DNA of 64,000 bases. Origin: Coprobacillus sp. CAG:698 (GTDB lineage Bacteria > Bacillota_I > Bacilli_A > ML615J-28 > CAG-698). This document shows positions 50,681 to 61,741 of this stretch, piece after piece. Both the position numbers and the translations under genes were made by a program. Positions within the stretch are counted from its first letter, which is position 1; every line of letters starts with the position of its first letter. Location: positions 72,647 through 136,646 of the forward strand of contig HF988734.1 in NCBI GenBank assembly GCA_000431235.1, given 5' to 3'. The notes beneath the pieces are model-generated. The model was not told the origin of the DNA. It searched no databases and saw nothing but the letters and a program-made list of their open reading frames with translations.

Positions 50681-51778
50681 ATGAAAAAAATAATATCTTT
50701 AATTTTAATAGTAATGTTTGCTATGTGTTTATTAAGTTGTAATAATGCCAATAACAACGAAAATACAAATCCTAAAACAACTGAAAACACAAAAGAGAAT
50801 GAAAACACAAAAGAAAACGAAAACAAAGGAAAAGAAGAAGTAAAAAACAACGAAACAAAGAATAATGAAACAGAAAAAAATGATGAAAAAGATATTTTTC
50901 CTGAAGAAAATAAGCTAACTGAACAAGAGATAAATACTATTAACAATTTATATTTAATAACTTCATCTGGTTCTTGCACATTTGGAAGTGAATATTCATT
51001 TGCAAATAATCTTTCTCTTTATAAAGAAAAAAAGAAAAATATATACTTGATAGATTATGAAGCAAGTTTTGAAAGATATCTTTGTGGATATATACCTATA
51101 GAAATTTACACAAAAATGAGTGAAGAATCATTGTTTGACCCAATGCATTGTGGAGGCTCTGATGTTTTAAATAGGTATAAAAAATATCTTAATAAGTTAG
51201 ATATTAATGGCTTTGGTACAGATGATATTATCTGGACTAGTTATATGTCTATGGATGATATTAAATTTGTATATGATGATAAGTATGTTGCTCAACTTAT
51301 TTTAGTGGAAAGCAAAGTCAAAATAATTACTGATTTATATGGTAATGAAATAAATCAAGAAGTATTAGATTTATCACCAATAGCATATAGAGTAAAAGAT
51401 AATAACTTTAGAATCTTAGGTGCAATAAATATACTAGATAGTAGCAAATATATTGTTAATACAAAATACTATGAGAGTTTTGAGAATGTACCATTCCTTG
51501 ACATTGTAGATGCATCGACAGCCTATCCACTTCCTGCATATCTAGCTAAAGCAGACGAAGATAATAATTTTATGCTACCAATTACCGAACAATATGGTTC
51601 TGAGCCCACTGATCTAGTTGAATATATCTTCAAAGAACATGCAGATAAGTTTAGAGAATGTATTGTAAAAACGGAGGATATTTCAAGAAATGTTAATGGT
51701 AAGGATGTATTTTTCAAAAGAATAGGATATTTTAACTTTGAAAAGTATAGAAATGTAATAATTTCATTAATGCAATAA
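50681..51778 (+). CDS. Lipoprotein with Asn/Glu/Thr/Lys-rich repeat linker, hypothetical
   Basis: RBS AAAGGAG. Signal peptide plus lipobox LLSC. ENTKEN tandem repeat. Lies 25 nt upstream of the metalloprotease gene. Confidence 0.6.
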   Translation: MKKIISLILIVMFAMCLLSCNNANNNENTNPKTTENTKENENTKENENKGKEEVKNNETKNNETEKNDEKDIFPEENKLTEQEINTINNLYLITSSGSCTFGSEYSFANNLSLYKEKKKNIYLIDYEASFERYLCGYIPIEIYTKMSEESLFDPMHCGGSDVLNRYKKYLNKLDINGFGTDDIIWTSYMSMDDIKFVYDDKYVAQLILVESKVKIITDLYGNEINQEVLDLSPIAYRVKDNNFRILGAINILDSSKYIVNTKYYESFENVPFLDIVDASTAYPLPAYLAKADEDNNFMLPITEQYGSEPTDLVEYIFKEHADKFRECIVKTEDISRNVNGKDVFFKRIGYFNFEKYRNVIISLMQ

Positions 51779-51803
51779 AATAAGCGTAAGGAAGGAGAAT
51801 TAA

Positions 51804-54542
51804 ATGAAGCTTTTAAGAAAAACAATTTTAACTACTATAATTATTTTATTTGTCGTCTTATCTTTTGCATCAATTAAGAATTATGTATACGCACATAACG
51901 CAGATTTAGATGTTGAATATGATATATGTGATCTTGATGAGGGAAATTTGTGGTATTATATCTCATCACAAAAATATGTATCATATCCACATGGGGAAAG
52001 AGTTTACTATAAAGATTTAACACATCTTAGTCAGGAAGTTACTACTATTTCATATTATATAAATAATAACTCAAAAGACAATGTAAATTATACGTGGACT
52101 ACAAATTTAACTGAAGAAGAAGCATTGAATGTAAAACAAACATTTGTTAATAGTATGTTAAAATGGAATGATATTTACTATTATTCTTATGATCAACAGG
52201 GTAATAGAGTAACTAATAAAGTAATTAATATCGTAGAAACATTAGAAAAAAATAATGCTGAAATTGTTATATATCCAAAATATGAAGTCAAAAATGATGA
52301 TGGGCTGTATTATGCATGCACTTCACAAGAAAGTGAACCAAATACAATTGAAGAAGATATAAAAGAAGAAGGCTCTGAAAATTACTCACATTCACATGTA
52401 TTAAAATGGGATATTGAAGTAAATTTATATATGTATAATCCACGAGAAGAAGAATTTTCCCATGTGAGTAAGGTGACTGGAGAGCATGAAATAGGTCATG
52501 TACTTGGACTTCGAGATGTTGATACAATATGTGATCATTATTTACCTCAACATTCAGAATTATTGATGGGATATGGAGGTACTTCTAATAGCCATGTAAC
52601 ATACGCAACATATAAAGATATTGCAGGTGTTAGTATTACTAGAGGGTTTCACGATGTCGACGACCATATATGGATGAAAAGGATTAATGATGATGGATCA
52701 ATAGATTTGATTTGTGCGTTGTGTAATGGCATTATGAAAAACATAACACTAGATTCTAATGGATTAACATATAATGGAAAAATGATAAACAAATATAAAG
52801 ATTGTATCCATTACGGAAAATATAATTCAAATATGCTATTGGTTGCTACTGACGGAATTAGAAACTTCTTTAAATGTTTAAACTGCAGACACATAGATAC
52901 TATTGAAATTAATAATGAATATAATTTATTAAATGAATTAACAATGATTAATGATTCATATAATATTAATGCGGGTAAAAAGAATGTTTTTAAATTGAAT
53001 ATTGATAGAACAAATTTATATGAAATACTTCTTAATTCAACATCACCAAGTGAAATTAGACTATATGATGAAAACTTTAATAAAATCACAACATTTAGTT
53101 CAGTAGATAACACTACTTTGATAACTAATAAAATTCTAAATGCAGGGACTTATTATATAGAAATAGAAAATAAAGGAACAAATAGTGCTAATTATACAAT
53201 GAAAATTATATTTGATAATTCTGTGGATTTACGTGAAGAACGCAACAATATATTATTAAATATTAATAGAGGAATTGGGAATTATCGCTATTATAATACT
53301 AATGGTGCAGGGTTTTATAAATTTTCATTATATGGTACAAAAACAGATAATTCTTTAATCACTTATCCATCAGGTTCATTGAAAATATATGATAATGCTT
53401 TAAAGAATGTATTAATGAATAAATATAATTTAGATGTTATATCAAATTATGCCCAAAGTAAATATAATGAGAATAGCATAATTGTATATTTATCAAGAAA
53501 CGATTATTTCTTTTTAAATATTGATATTCCTGCTAATGATTTATCAAGTTTATACTTAGATATTACACAATTAGAAAATCAGGAAATAAATTTGTTTAAT
53601 TATTCTGAAACGTCAGACCAAACGCAAAACATTTTAAATATAAATAGCAAAGGAGACTATTTTAAGAAAATATTAATTAAGCAAACTGGAAAATTTGTGA
53701 TTTACACAAATTTTGAAGTCCAAGGAAATAATAATATTATATTTGTCTTGCTTAAACTAGATTATGATATCTCTACCAATACATCTACAACTACAACAGT
53801 AATAGAAAAAGAACTAACAAACGAGTATGATTCATATCAAACAACAGTTTCATTAACTGATGGAACGTATTATATAGGATATTTTGATAAATATGACTTA
53901 AGTAATTTTAGGGTTTCATTTAAAAGATTGATTTCTTTATCTGGTGGAGATGCTCTAGTCACAGATCCAGATAGTGGCACTTTGTGCGGTAGTCAGATAA
54001 ATATAATCGAAATGAATAAATCTAGTAAAAGTTATAGAGAGACATATATTACTAGATATTTCACGAGAGTTATTTATCCTGATTCTAACTTGGGAATATC
54101 AAACTCAAGACTAGATTATAATTGGTATTCAAGTGATGAAACAATAGCTACAGTATCTTCATACGGAACAGTTTTTGGTAAAAATTTTGGTACAGTTAAA
54201 ATTATGGCAGTTTTAAAGAATGACCCTTCAAAGACATTTGTCAAAGAATTTTCGGTTATTGATGATATAGCAGCAAATCCTTTGACTATCATTAATACAT
54301 ATACAGTTAAATTTACAGATAGAAGAAACTTTAAAATTAATTTTGAAAAAATTAATTGCCCATATCCATGGATACAATATTATAACTGGAGCCTTGATAC
54401 AAAATGTCATAATAGCAAGATAACTGTTTCTATGGATAAATGGGGAACAATAAAAGCTGATGATAGGGGATGTTTCACATTGACTGGTTCGTATACATTG
54501 AATACAAGAATTACGATTAAAATACATGTTATAATATCATAA
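51804..54542 (+). CDS. Secreted metzincin-like zinc metalloprotease (HExxHxxGxxD, snapalysin/M7-like motif) with C-terminal Big_2 Ig-like domain
   Basis: N-terminal signal/TM. HEIGHVLGLRD motif. C-terminal Big_2-like segment (NWYSSDETIATVSSYGTVFGKNFGTVKIMAV). 912 aa. Confidence 0.6.
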   Translation: MKLLRKTILTTIIILFVVLSFASIKNYVYAHNADLDVEYDICDLDEGNLWYYISSQKYVSYPHGERVYYKDLTHLSQEVTTISYYINNNSKDNVNYTWTTNLTEEEALNVKQTFVNSMLKWNDIYYYSYDQQGNRVTNKVINIVETLEKNNAEIVIYPKYEVKNDDGLYYACTSQESEPNTIEEDIKEEGSENYSHSHVLKWDIEVNLYMYNPREEEFSHVSKVTGEHEIGHVLGLRDVDTICDHYLPQHSELLMGYGGTSNSHVTYATYKDIAGVSITRGFHDVDDHIWMKRINDDGSIDLICALCNGIMKNITLDSNGLTYNGKMINKYKDCIHYGKYNSNMLLVATDGIRNFFKCLNCRHIDTIEINNEYNLLNELTMINDSYNINAGKKNVFKLNIDRTNLYEILLNSTSPSEIRLYDENFNKITTFSSVDNTTLITNKILNAGTYYIEIENKGTNSANYTMKIIFDNSVDLREERNNILLNINRGIGNYRYYNTNGAGFYKFSLYGTKTDNSLITYPSGSLKIYDNALKNVLMNKYNLDVISNYAQSKYNENSIIVYLSRNDYFFLNIDIPANDLSSLYLDITQLENQEINLFNYSETSDQTQNILNINSKGDYFKKILIKQTGKFVIYTNFEVQGNNNIIFVLLKLDYDISTNTSTTTTVIEKELTNEYDSYQTTVSLTDGTYYIGYFDKYDLSNFRVSFKRLISLSGGDALVTDPDSGTLCGSQINIIEMNKSSKSYRETYITRYFTRVIYPDSNLGISNSRLDYNWYSSDETIATVSSYGTVFGKNFGTVKIMAVLKNDPSKTFVKEFSVIDDIAANPLTIINTYTVKFTDRRNFKINFEKINCPYPWIQYYNWSLDTKCHNSKITVSMDKWGTIKADDRGCFTLTGSYTLNTRITIKIHVIIS

Positions 54543-54602
54543 AATTTATGCTTACAACTAATATATCTATATTAAAATAGTAGTCTAACTATAAATTATA
54601 TA

Positions 54603-54643
54603 AAACTGTGAGAAATTGGTATAAACTAACTCACAGTTTTTTT
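54603..54643 (+). terminator. Intrinsic terminator after metalloprotease gene
   Basis: AAACTGTGAG-(17 nt)-CTCACAGTTT followed by TTTT. Confidence 0.55.
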
Positions 54644-55057
54644 GAGGCTGTAAAAAAATAGGTTGATAATTAAAATTAAAAATTTTAATTATTGACGATA
54701 AATCGTCCCTGTCAAGAATTAGGTTGATAAAAAAAGTCAATCAATGTTCATATTATCTGAGTGTTGGTTGGCTTTTTATTGTCATACAAAAATCATTGCT
54801 AGCTTGTTGTTTAAATAATTTTCTGTGTTTGTGAGTTCAATTTTTATAATAATGTAAATTTAAAAGTAAAATTCTAGTTCTTAGTGTGATGTAACGAAAT
54901 CAAATTTTGCTAAAGTATTATAATAGATCATAAATTGAACTTTTTGGATATTGTGTAAATTAACGTGAAATATAATAGTTGAATCACTAATATCTAATTT
55001 TAAAAATAAAAAGAATTAAATGACAAAAATAGATAATCCTAATGTTAGGTGATTAAC

Positions 55058-55471
55058 ATGTGGATTATTTTTTCTTTATTATCAGCTTTGTTTGGAGCAT
55101 TAATGACGATTTTTATAAAACTAGGATTAAAAGGTATTAATCCAATTCTTTCATTAACAATAAGATCTATAATAGTATGTCTTTTTTTACTTGTTTTTAT
55201 AGTAATAAATAATTCAATTAAAGAAATAAAAGCTATTGATAAGAACAAATGGATATGGCTATTTTTAACTGCAGTTGTAACTTTTGCAACGTGGGTTTTT
55301 TACTACTTAGCACTAAGTAAAAATGATGCATATAAAGTTGCAAGTTTAGAAAAAATCAGTATAATAATAGTTTTTATTTTATCATTTTTTGTTCTCAATG
55401 AAAAAATAACAATTTTAGGAATTTTAGGGATGATTTTAATTCTTGTAGGGAGCATTATGACATCTCTTTAA
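55058..55471 (+). CDS. EamA-domain small membrane transporter (DMT superfamily, single EamA domain)
   Basis: Four-TM protein of about 138 aa with EamA-like helices. RBS AGGTGA. Confidence 0.6.
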   Translation: MWIIFSLLSALFGALMTIFIKLGLKGINPILSLTIRSIIVCLFLLVFIVINNSIKEIKAIDKNKWIWLFLTAVVTFATWVFYYLALSKNDAYKVASLEKISIIIVFILSFFVLNEKITILGILGMILILVGSIMTSL

Positions 55472-55535
55472 AAAACGTAAAAACCTCTTTAAAAAAATAA
55501 GAATATGTGGTATAATAGTAAAAAAGGTGAATTGT

Positions 55536-56030
55536 ATGGATACTAAGTCAATTAATAAACTAAACGATCAAATAAATGTGTTGAAAAGACAATTTACTGA
55601 AGAATTAAACACTGTAAATTACTATTACTGGCCGCTTACAAGCAAAAGCAAGAAAAAGTTAGGTAATTTAAAATGGTATTTTACACTTGCATGTTGCTTA
55701 TTCTTTAGTGTTATAATCCTTTTACTTTTGCATGAAGTTACTAATCCTTATTGGATTGGAATTGGATTAGGAGTAAGTGGAGTGATTTTAATACTTACAC
55801 TTTTCTTTCTTTTAAAAGCAAGAAAAAAAGATAAGTCTTTAAATAAAGAATGGGAAAAATCACTTGAGCCTTCTAAAAAACTTCAAAAAGAATTAAATGA
55901 AAATATTGACAAGGCTATAGAAATGATGCTAACTTTTTTCGGTAGTGAAAGAGATTATATAGTAAAGAATATTGGGACATCATATGAAGATATATTAGAT
56001 TACTATTATAGTAAAACAGAAAATAATTAA
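55536..56030 (+). CDS. Hypothetical membrane protein (2 TM, coiled-coil C-terminus)
   Basis: RBS AAGGTGA and extended -10 TGTGGTATAAT upstream. Confidence 0.45.
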   Translation: MDTKSINKLNDQINVLKRQFTEELNTVNYYYWPLTSKSKKKLGNLKWYFTLACCLFFSVIILLLLHEVTNPYWIGIGLGVSGVILILTLFFLLKARKKDKSLNKEWEKSLEPSKKLQKELNENIDKAIEMMLTFFGSERDYIVKNIGTSYEDILDYYYSKTENN

Positions 56031-56053
56031 CTAGCTATATAGGAGTATTACAA

Positions 56054-56893
56054 ATGGAAAGAACATTAAAAATAGAAAATTTACATGTCAATGTTGTTGA
56101 CAAAGAAACTTCAAAAGAGATTTTGAAAGGAATCAACTTAGAAGTAAAAACCGGAGAAATCCATGCTATTATGGGACCTAATGGTAATGGTAAGAGTACT
56201 TTAGCAAATACACTAATGGGTCATTATAAATACAAAGTTACTGCCGGCGATATTCTCTTAGATGGAGAGAATATTGTAGATATGCCAGTAGATGAAAGAA
56301 GTCGCAAGGGTTTGTTTCTTGCAATGCAATATCCTAATGAGATCAGTGGTGTAACAAATTCTGATTTCATTAAACAAGCTATGCAAGCAAGACTTCCTGA
56401 AGGTGAACATATAAAGTTATATAAGTTTATCAAAGAATTAGATAAATCAGTAAAAGATTTAAAGATGAATCAAGATTTGCCTCATCGTTACTTAAATGAA
56501 GGATTTAGTGGTGGTGAGAAAAAAAGGAATGAAATATTACAAATGAAAATGTTGAAGCCAAGTTTTGCCATTCTTGATGAGATTGATTCCGGACTTGATG
56601 TTGATGCTTTGAAAATTGTTGGTGAAAACATTGATGCTATGCGTTCAAAAGATTTCGGAGCAATTATAATTACTCACTATGAAAGATTATTAGATTATGT
56701 TCATTGTGATTATGTACATATTCTAATGGATGGAAAAATCGTGAAAACCGGTGGAAAAGAATTAATTGAAAAAATAGATAATGAAGGATACGACTGGTTA
56801 AAAGCTGAATTAGGAATTGTTGATGAAATCCCTGAAAAAGTAAGAACAGTTTTAGGAACTTGTGCAGTAAAGAAAACGACTGGAGATAAATAA
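56054..56893 (+). CDS. sufC: Fe-S cluster assembly ATPase SufC
   Basis: Walker A GPNGNGKST, signature FSGGEKKR and Walker B ILDEIDSGLD. Confidence 0.95.
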   Translation: MERTLKIENLHVNVVDKETSKEILKGINLEVKTGEIHAIMGPNGNGKSTLANTLMGHYKYKVTAGDILLDGENIVDMPVDERSRKGLFLAMQYPNEISGVTNSDFIKQAMQARLPEGEHIKLYKFIKELDKSVKDLKMNQDLPHRYLNEGFSGGEKKRNEILQMKMLKPSFAILDEIDSGLDVDALKIVGENIDAMRSKDFGAIIITHYERLLDYVHCDYVHILMDGKIVKTGGKELIEKIDNEGYDWLKAELGIVDEIPEKVRTVLGTCAVKKTTGDK

Positions 56894-57738
56894 TGGATAA
56901 ACTATTAGAATTATTGAATAAGGAGAAGAAACAAATACTAGTTAATCAACCCAATATATCTATTAACGAAGATGGTTGTTATAATGTATTTCTAAATGTT
57001 ACAAGTGATGTGGAAATTAAAGTAAATATTTCTAAGGGAAAAGATGTAACTATTTATGAATATATAAACTATTGTAACAATGTTAAAGTAAATTATGATT
57101 TAAACATAGAAGAAAATAGCAAACTTACTATCATTTCTCTTTATTCTTCAAAAAATTGTAAACCAGTGATAAATGCCAAAACAAATTTATGTGAAAATGC
57201 ATATTGTAGTAGTATGAAACTATTTTTGTTTGGTAGTGAAATAGAATATACAAGCAATACACTTTTATTAGGGAAAAAGGCAAATATAAATGATTATAAT
57301 GTTGTGATTAATAACAGTGGACTTATTCAAAAGTATGTGATGAATTGTATTCATGAAAATGTTGAGACAACTTCACAAATGAGAAATTATGTAATTTGTA
57401 AAGGCTCTTCTACAATTAACATTGACACTAATGGTCATATCAAGCAAGGAATGAAAGAAAGTAATATTAGCCAAAAGACAAAAGGTATTTTGCTTTCCCT
57501 TGAAAGTGGAATTAGTGCTAATCCTTTACTTTTGATTGATGAATACGATTGCTTGGCTTCACATGGTGCCGGTATTGGGGCGATAGATGAAGAAGATTTA
57601 TTTTATCTTATGAGTCGTGGTCTAACAAGAGAAGAAAGTGAAGAACTAATAATTGGAGGCTTTGTAAATCCAATATACAAAGCATATCCAGAAGAAATAA
57701 AAGAATATATAATTGAGATAGTTTCAAAATATTTATAA
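56893..57738 (+). CDS. sufD: Fe-S cluster assembly protein SufD (short form)
   Basis: C-terminal SufBD fold ([24 protein letters not shown]). Position between sufC and sufS. 281 aa. Confidence 0.8.
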   Translation: MDKLLELLNKEKKQILVNQPNISINEDGCYNVFLNVTSDVEIKVNISKGKDVTIYEYINYCNNVKVNYDLNIEENSKLTIISLYSSKNCKPVINAKTNLCENAYCSSMKLFLFGSEIEYTSNTLLLGKKANINDYNVVINNSGLIQKYVMNCIHENVETTSQMRNYVICKGSSTINIDTNGHIKQGMKESNISQKTKGILLSLESGISANPLLLIDEYDCLASHGAGIGAIDEEDLFYLMSRGLTREESEELIIGGFVNPIYKAYPEEIKEYIIEIVSKYL

Positions 57739-57742
57739 GTGG

Positions 57743-58963
57743 GTGATAAAAGTGCTTGATGTTTTGAAAATTAGAAAAGAATTTCCAATGTTTGAAAATA
57801 ACCCTAATATGTGTTATTTAGATAACGGAGCAACATCGTTAAAACCAAAATGTGTAATTGATAAGATGAATGAATATTATATGAATTATGGTGTAAATAT
57901 TCATCGAGGAGTTTATGAACTTAGTTATAAAGCAACTGATGAGTTTGATCTTGCTAGAGAAAAGGTAGCTAAGTTTATTAATTCTAAACCAGAAGAAGTA
58001 ATTTTTGTAAGAAACGCAAGTGAGGCTTTAAACTTATGTGCTTTAACATATGGAGAAGAAAACATAAAAGAAGAAGATGAAATAGTAACAAGTGAACTAG
58101 AACATCATTCTTCGGTTCTGCCATGGATGATTCTTGCAAAACGTAAAAATGCAAAGCTTAAATATATTCCATTAGATGAAACAGGAAGAATTACTGTTGC
58201 TAATTTCTTAAAAACTATAACAGACAAAACAAAAGTAATTGCTATCACATATGTTTCCAATGTTATGGGTTATGTGACACCAATTAAAGAAATTATCAAA
58301 AATGCTCATGAAAGAGGTATCATTGTAGTTGTTGATGCCGCTCAAGCAGTTGCTCATATGAAAGTAGACGTTAAAGAACTAGATTGTGATTTCCTCGCTT
58401 TTTCTGGACATAAGATGTTAGGCCCAACTGGTGTTGGTGTCTTGTATGGCAAAAAAAGTATTTTGAAGAAATTATCTCCACTATATTATGGTGGTGATAT
58501 GAATGAGGAAGTTTACAAAGATAATGTTGATGTAAAAGATATCCCTTCGAGATTTGAAACAGGAACACCTGATATTGCATCAGTTATTGGATTAGGAGCA
58601 GCAATTGATTATCTTTCGTCTATAGGATTTGATAATATTCATGAATATACATTAAATTTATATAATTATATGATGGAAAAAATAAAAGATATTGATGGTA
58701 TTGAAGTTTATAACAAAAATCCAGAAGTACCAATAATAGCCTTCAATATAAAAGGTATTCATCCACATGATGCGGCGACTATCTTTGATGAAGGCGGAGT
58801 GTGCCTGCGTGCAGGACATCATTGTGCTCAGCTGTTAACAAAATGGCTTATGTGCAATGGTACTTTAAGAGGTTCTCTCTATATATATAATACTAAAGAA
58901 GATGTTGATAAATTTATAGAAAAGGTTAAAGAAACTGTAGATTTCTTTAAGAGAGTATGGTAA
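57743..58963 (+). CDS. sufS: Cysteine desulfurase SufS
   Basis: Class V aminotransferase fold with PLP lysine (SGHKMLGPTG) and catalytic Cys (RAGHHCAQ). GTG start at 57743 or 57752. Confidence 0.9.
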   Translation: MIKVLDVLKIRKEFPMFENNPNMCYLDNGATSLKPKCVIDKMNEYYMNYGVNIHRGVYELSYKATDEFDLAREKVAKFINSKPEEVIFVRNASEALNLCALTYGEENIKEEDEIVTSELEHHSSVLPWMILAKRKNAKLKYIPLDETGRITVANFLKTITDKTKVIAITYVSNVMGYVTPIKEIIKNAHERGIIVVVDAAQAVAHMKVDVKELDCDFLAFSGHKMLGPTGVGVLYGKKSILKKLSPLYYGGDMNEEVYKDNVDVKDIPSRFETGTPDIASVIGLGAAIDYLSSIGFDNIHEYTLNLYNYMMEKIKDIDGIEVYNKNPEVPIIAFNIKGIHPHDAATIFDEGGVCLRAGHHCAQLLTKWLMCNGTLRGSLYIYNTKEDVDKFIEKVKETVDFFKRVW

Positions 58964-59391
58964 CTATGAATGATTTAGAAAATCTATATAAACAAGTGAT
59001 ATTTGATCATTATAAAAATCCTCGTAATAAAGGATTAAAGGGCTATGATCATGTTCATCTACGCAATCCTTCATGTGGTGATGATATAACTGTAGAAATA
59101 AAAATTAAAGATGGTGTAATTGAAGAAATAAATCATGCTGGAAGTGGATGTTCTATTTGTTGTTCTTCAGCTTCAGTTCTATCAGAAACATTAAAAGGGA
59201 AAACTGTTGATGAAGCAAAACATCTAATCCAAGAATTTTATGATATGATGATAGGCAAAGATGATCCTGATGAAGAATTAGAAGAAGCTTTGGTTTATCA
59301 AGGCGTTTCAAAGTTCCCTGCTCGAATAAAGTGTGCTACACTTTCTTGGAAAGCTTTAGAAAAGCTTTTAAATGGTGAAAAAGATGAATAA
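58957..59391 (+). CDS. sufU: SUF-system zinc-dependent sulfur transfer protein SufU (NifU/IscU-like)
   Basis: [17 protein letters not shown] and KCATLSW are the conserved Cys ligands. The start may instead be 58966. Confidence 0.85.
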   Translation: MVTMNDLENLYKQVIFDHYKNPRNKGLKGYDHVHLRNPSCGDDITVEIKIKDGVIEEINHAGSGCSICCSSASVLSETLKGKTVDEAKHLIQEFYDMMIGKDDPDEELEEALVYQGVSKFPARIKCATLSWKALEKLLNGEKDE

Positions 59392-60790
59392 TAATGAGAA
59401 AATTAATGAGATAATTGGCGATTATAAATATGACTTTAAAACCGAAACTGATAATGTATTTAATACAGGTAAAGGCCTAACAAGAGATATTGTAAAAGCT
59501 ATTTCTAAGTACAAAGAAGAACCAGAGTGGATGCTTGAGATACGATTGAAAGCATATGATTCCTTTGTAAAATTAAAGAATCCAACTTATGGACCTGATT
59601 TAAGCTTTATTGATTTTGATGATTACACATATTATCGTAAAGACAATAAAAAAGTTGAAAAGAAATGGGAAGATGTTCCTGAGAACATTAAAAATACTTT
59701 CGATAAACTAGGTATTCCTGAAGCTGAAAGAGATTTCTTAGGTGGAGTTACAACCCAATTCGAATCTGAAGTAGTATATCATAGTACATTAGTTGAACTT
59801 GAAAAACAAGGAGTACTATTCTGTGATACTGATACAGCAGTAAAAAAATATCCAGAAATAGTTAAAGAGTACTTTAGTAAAGTTATACCATATAATGATA
59901 ATAAATATGCAGCTCTAAATACAGCTGTTTGGAGTGGTGGTTCATTTATTTACATTCCTAAAGGTGTTAAAATTGATAAACCATTGCAATCATATTTTAG
60001 AATCAATTCTGAAAGAATGGGTCAATTTGAAAGAACATTAATAATTGTGGAAGAAGATGCAAGTTTATATTATGTGGAAGGATGTACAGCTCCTATCTAT
60101 TCAAAAGATTCACTTCACGCCGGTGTTGTAGAGATATACATAAAAGATGGTGGATATTGCCGTTATTCAGCAATTCAGAATTGGTCAAATAATATTTTGA
60201 ACTTAGTAACAAAAAGAGCAATATGTTATAAAAATGCTCATATGGAATGGATTGATGGTAACATAGGTTCTATGGCAAACATGAAATACCCAGCTTGTAT
60301 TTTGGCTGGTGATGGTGCAAAAGGAACAACTATTTCGATAGCTTTCGCAGGCACAGGACAATACCAAGACACTGGTGCTAAGATGATACATTTAGCTCCT
60401 AATACAACAAGTACAATAATTTCTAAATCGATTTGTCGAGGTGGAGGAATTGTTAACTATCGTGGAACAGTAAAACATGGTAAAAACGCATATAACGCTA
60501 AAAGCCATGTTGAATGTGATACAATTATTTTAGATGGTATTTCTAAGAGTGATACAATTCCAACTAATATTGTCTTAAATAATACAGCTAGAATTGAACA
60601 TGAGGCTACTGTTTCTAAAGTAAGTGAAGAGCAAATGTTCTATCTTATGAGTAGAGGTTTAACCGAAGCTCAAGCGCTAGAAATGATAATCATGGGATTT
60701 ATTGAACCATTCTCTCGAGAACTTCCTATGGAATATGCAGTTGAATTAAATCAATTAATTAAACTTGAAATGAATGGAGCAATCGGATAA
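59372..60790 (+). CDS. sufB: Fe-S cluster assembly protein SufB
   Basis: 472 aa, conserved SufB C-terminal half ([22 protein letters not shown]). Confidence 0.95.
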   Translation: MVKKMNNNEKINEIIGDYKYDFKTETDNVFNTGKGLTRDIVKAISKYKEEPEWMLEIRLKAYDSFVKLKNPTYGPDLSFIDFDDYTYYRKDNKKVEKKWEDVPENIKNTFDKLGIPEAERDFLGGVTTQFESEVVYHSTLVELEKQGVLFCDTDTAVKKYPEIVKEYFSKVIPYNDNKYAALNTAVWSGGSFIYIPKGVKIDKPLQSYFRINSERMGQFERTLIIVEEDASLYYVEGCTAPIYSKDSLHAGVVEIYIKDGGYCRYSAIQNWSNNILNLVTKRAICYKNAHMEWIDGNIGSMANMKYPACILAGDGAKGTTISIAFAGTGQYQDTGAKMIHLAPNTTSTIISKSICRGGGIVNYRGTVKHGKNAYNAKSHVECDTIILDGISKSDTIPTNIVLNNTARIEHEATVSKVSEEQMFYLMSRGLTEAQALEMIIMGFIEPFSRELPMEYAVELNQLIKLEMNGAIG

Positions 60791-60792
60791 AT

Positions 60793-60820
60793 AAAATGAG
60801 GAGCTAATCCTCATTTTTAT
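60793..60820 (+). terminator. Intrinsic terminator after suf operon
   Basis: AAAATGAGGA-gcta-ATCCTCATTTT. Confidence 0.6.
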
Positions 60821-60874
60821 TTTGCTTTTAAAATAAATGTATGATATAATTATAAAAGAAAAAGGAGACAAATT

Positions 60875-61696
60875 ATGAGATATAACTATGCCAAACCATT
60901 TCCTAAAATTTTAGTAACCATTTTTTTACTAATAGTAACTGTTGTAATTTTTTATTTAGTAAGAAGTAACCTGTATATATTTGATACTATTACCTATAAA
61001 GAACAAATCGAAAAAGCCATAAATATAATAATAAATTATGGTAAATATTTTGCACTTGCAATAATCATTCTAAATGTGATTGAACTAATTGATTATATTG
61101 TAAATGCTAAAAGAGATGAAGTAATCAATGCTAACTTAGAATATATGAATAATAATATAGGTATAAGGGTGTTCTTTAAAAACTACTTTGCCCCTTTATT
61201 TACTAAAGAGCCTTATATGTTTGCTTCTCAAGAAAAAGCAATCGGTCAAAGAAGAAGATTTATCAATACAATAATAAGTATAATTAAATATATTTATTGG
61301 GTTGTCTTTGGTTGTTTGCTATTAATTTGTTTTTATTATAAAGGCCAAGATTCTCAAAAACAAAGTTTATATATTAATGTAGCAATTATTTTTGCTTGCA
61401 TAAATTGCAATGTTTTTGTCTATGCACTATATAGAATTTTACCATTATATGAAGCACAAAGCTATGATTTAATAACTTATTATAGCGATGGAACAAGCAG
61501 TTCTAGACAAGAAACACATAGTAATTTTATTGCCATAATTCTTGTGGGAGGCTTTGTTTATATTTACTATAGCATCTTTTATATCTCATGTTTTGCTAAT
61601 AGATTAGTTAGAGGCATTGAAACAAAAAGATTTAAAAAGTTTATAAAAAAATGTGATACAGATCAAAGTATTTTAAGCTTCTATCGATATAAATAG
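60875..61696 (+). CDS. Hypothetical polytopic membrane protein
   Basis: RBS AAAGGAGA. Extended -10 TGATATAAT upstream. Multiple TM helices. Confidence 0.4.
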   Translation: MRYNYAKPFPKILVTIFLLIVTVVIFYLVRSNLYIFDTITYKEQIEKAINIIINYGKYFALAIIILNVIELIDYIVNAKRDEVINANLEYMNNNIGIRVFFKNYFAPLFTKEPYMFASQEKAIGQRRRFINTIISIIKYIYWVVFGCLLLICFYYKGQDSQKQSLYINVAIIFACINCNVFVYALYRILPLYEAQSYDLITYYSDGTSSSRQETHSNFIAIILVGGFVYIYYSIFYISCFANRLVRGIETKRFKKFIKKCDTDQSILSFYRYK

Positions 61697-61741
61697 CATA
61701 TAAATACTTTTACAAACTCTTATGAAATAGGAGGAATAATA

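Noticed and set aside
50623-50979. 118-aa minus-strand ORF with FSFSFV repeats
   Set aside because: Antisense to the ENTKEN repeat region of the lipoprotein gene, so it is a repeat artefact.
54644-55057. Possible guanidine-II (mini-ykkC) riboswitch upstream of the small EamA transporter
   Set aside because: The hairpin GACGAUaaAUCGUC lacks the ACGR tetraloops and GC-rich stems of mini-ykkC. I report it as a palindromic operator-like site instead.
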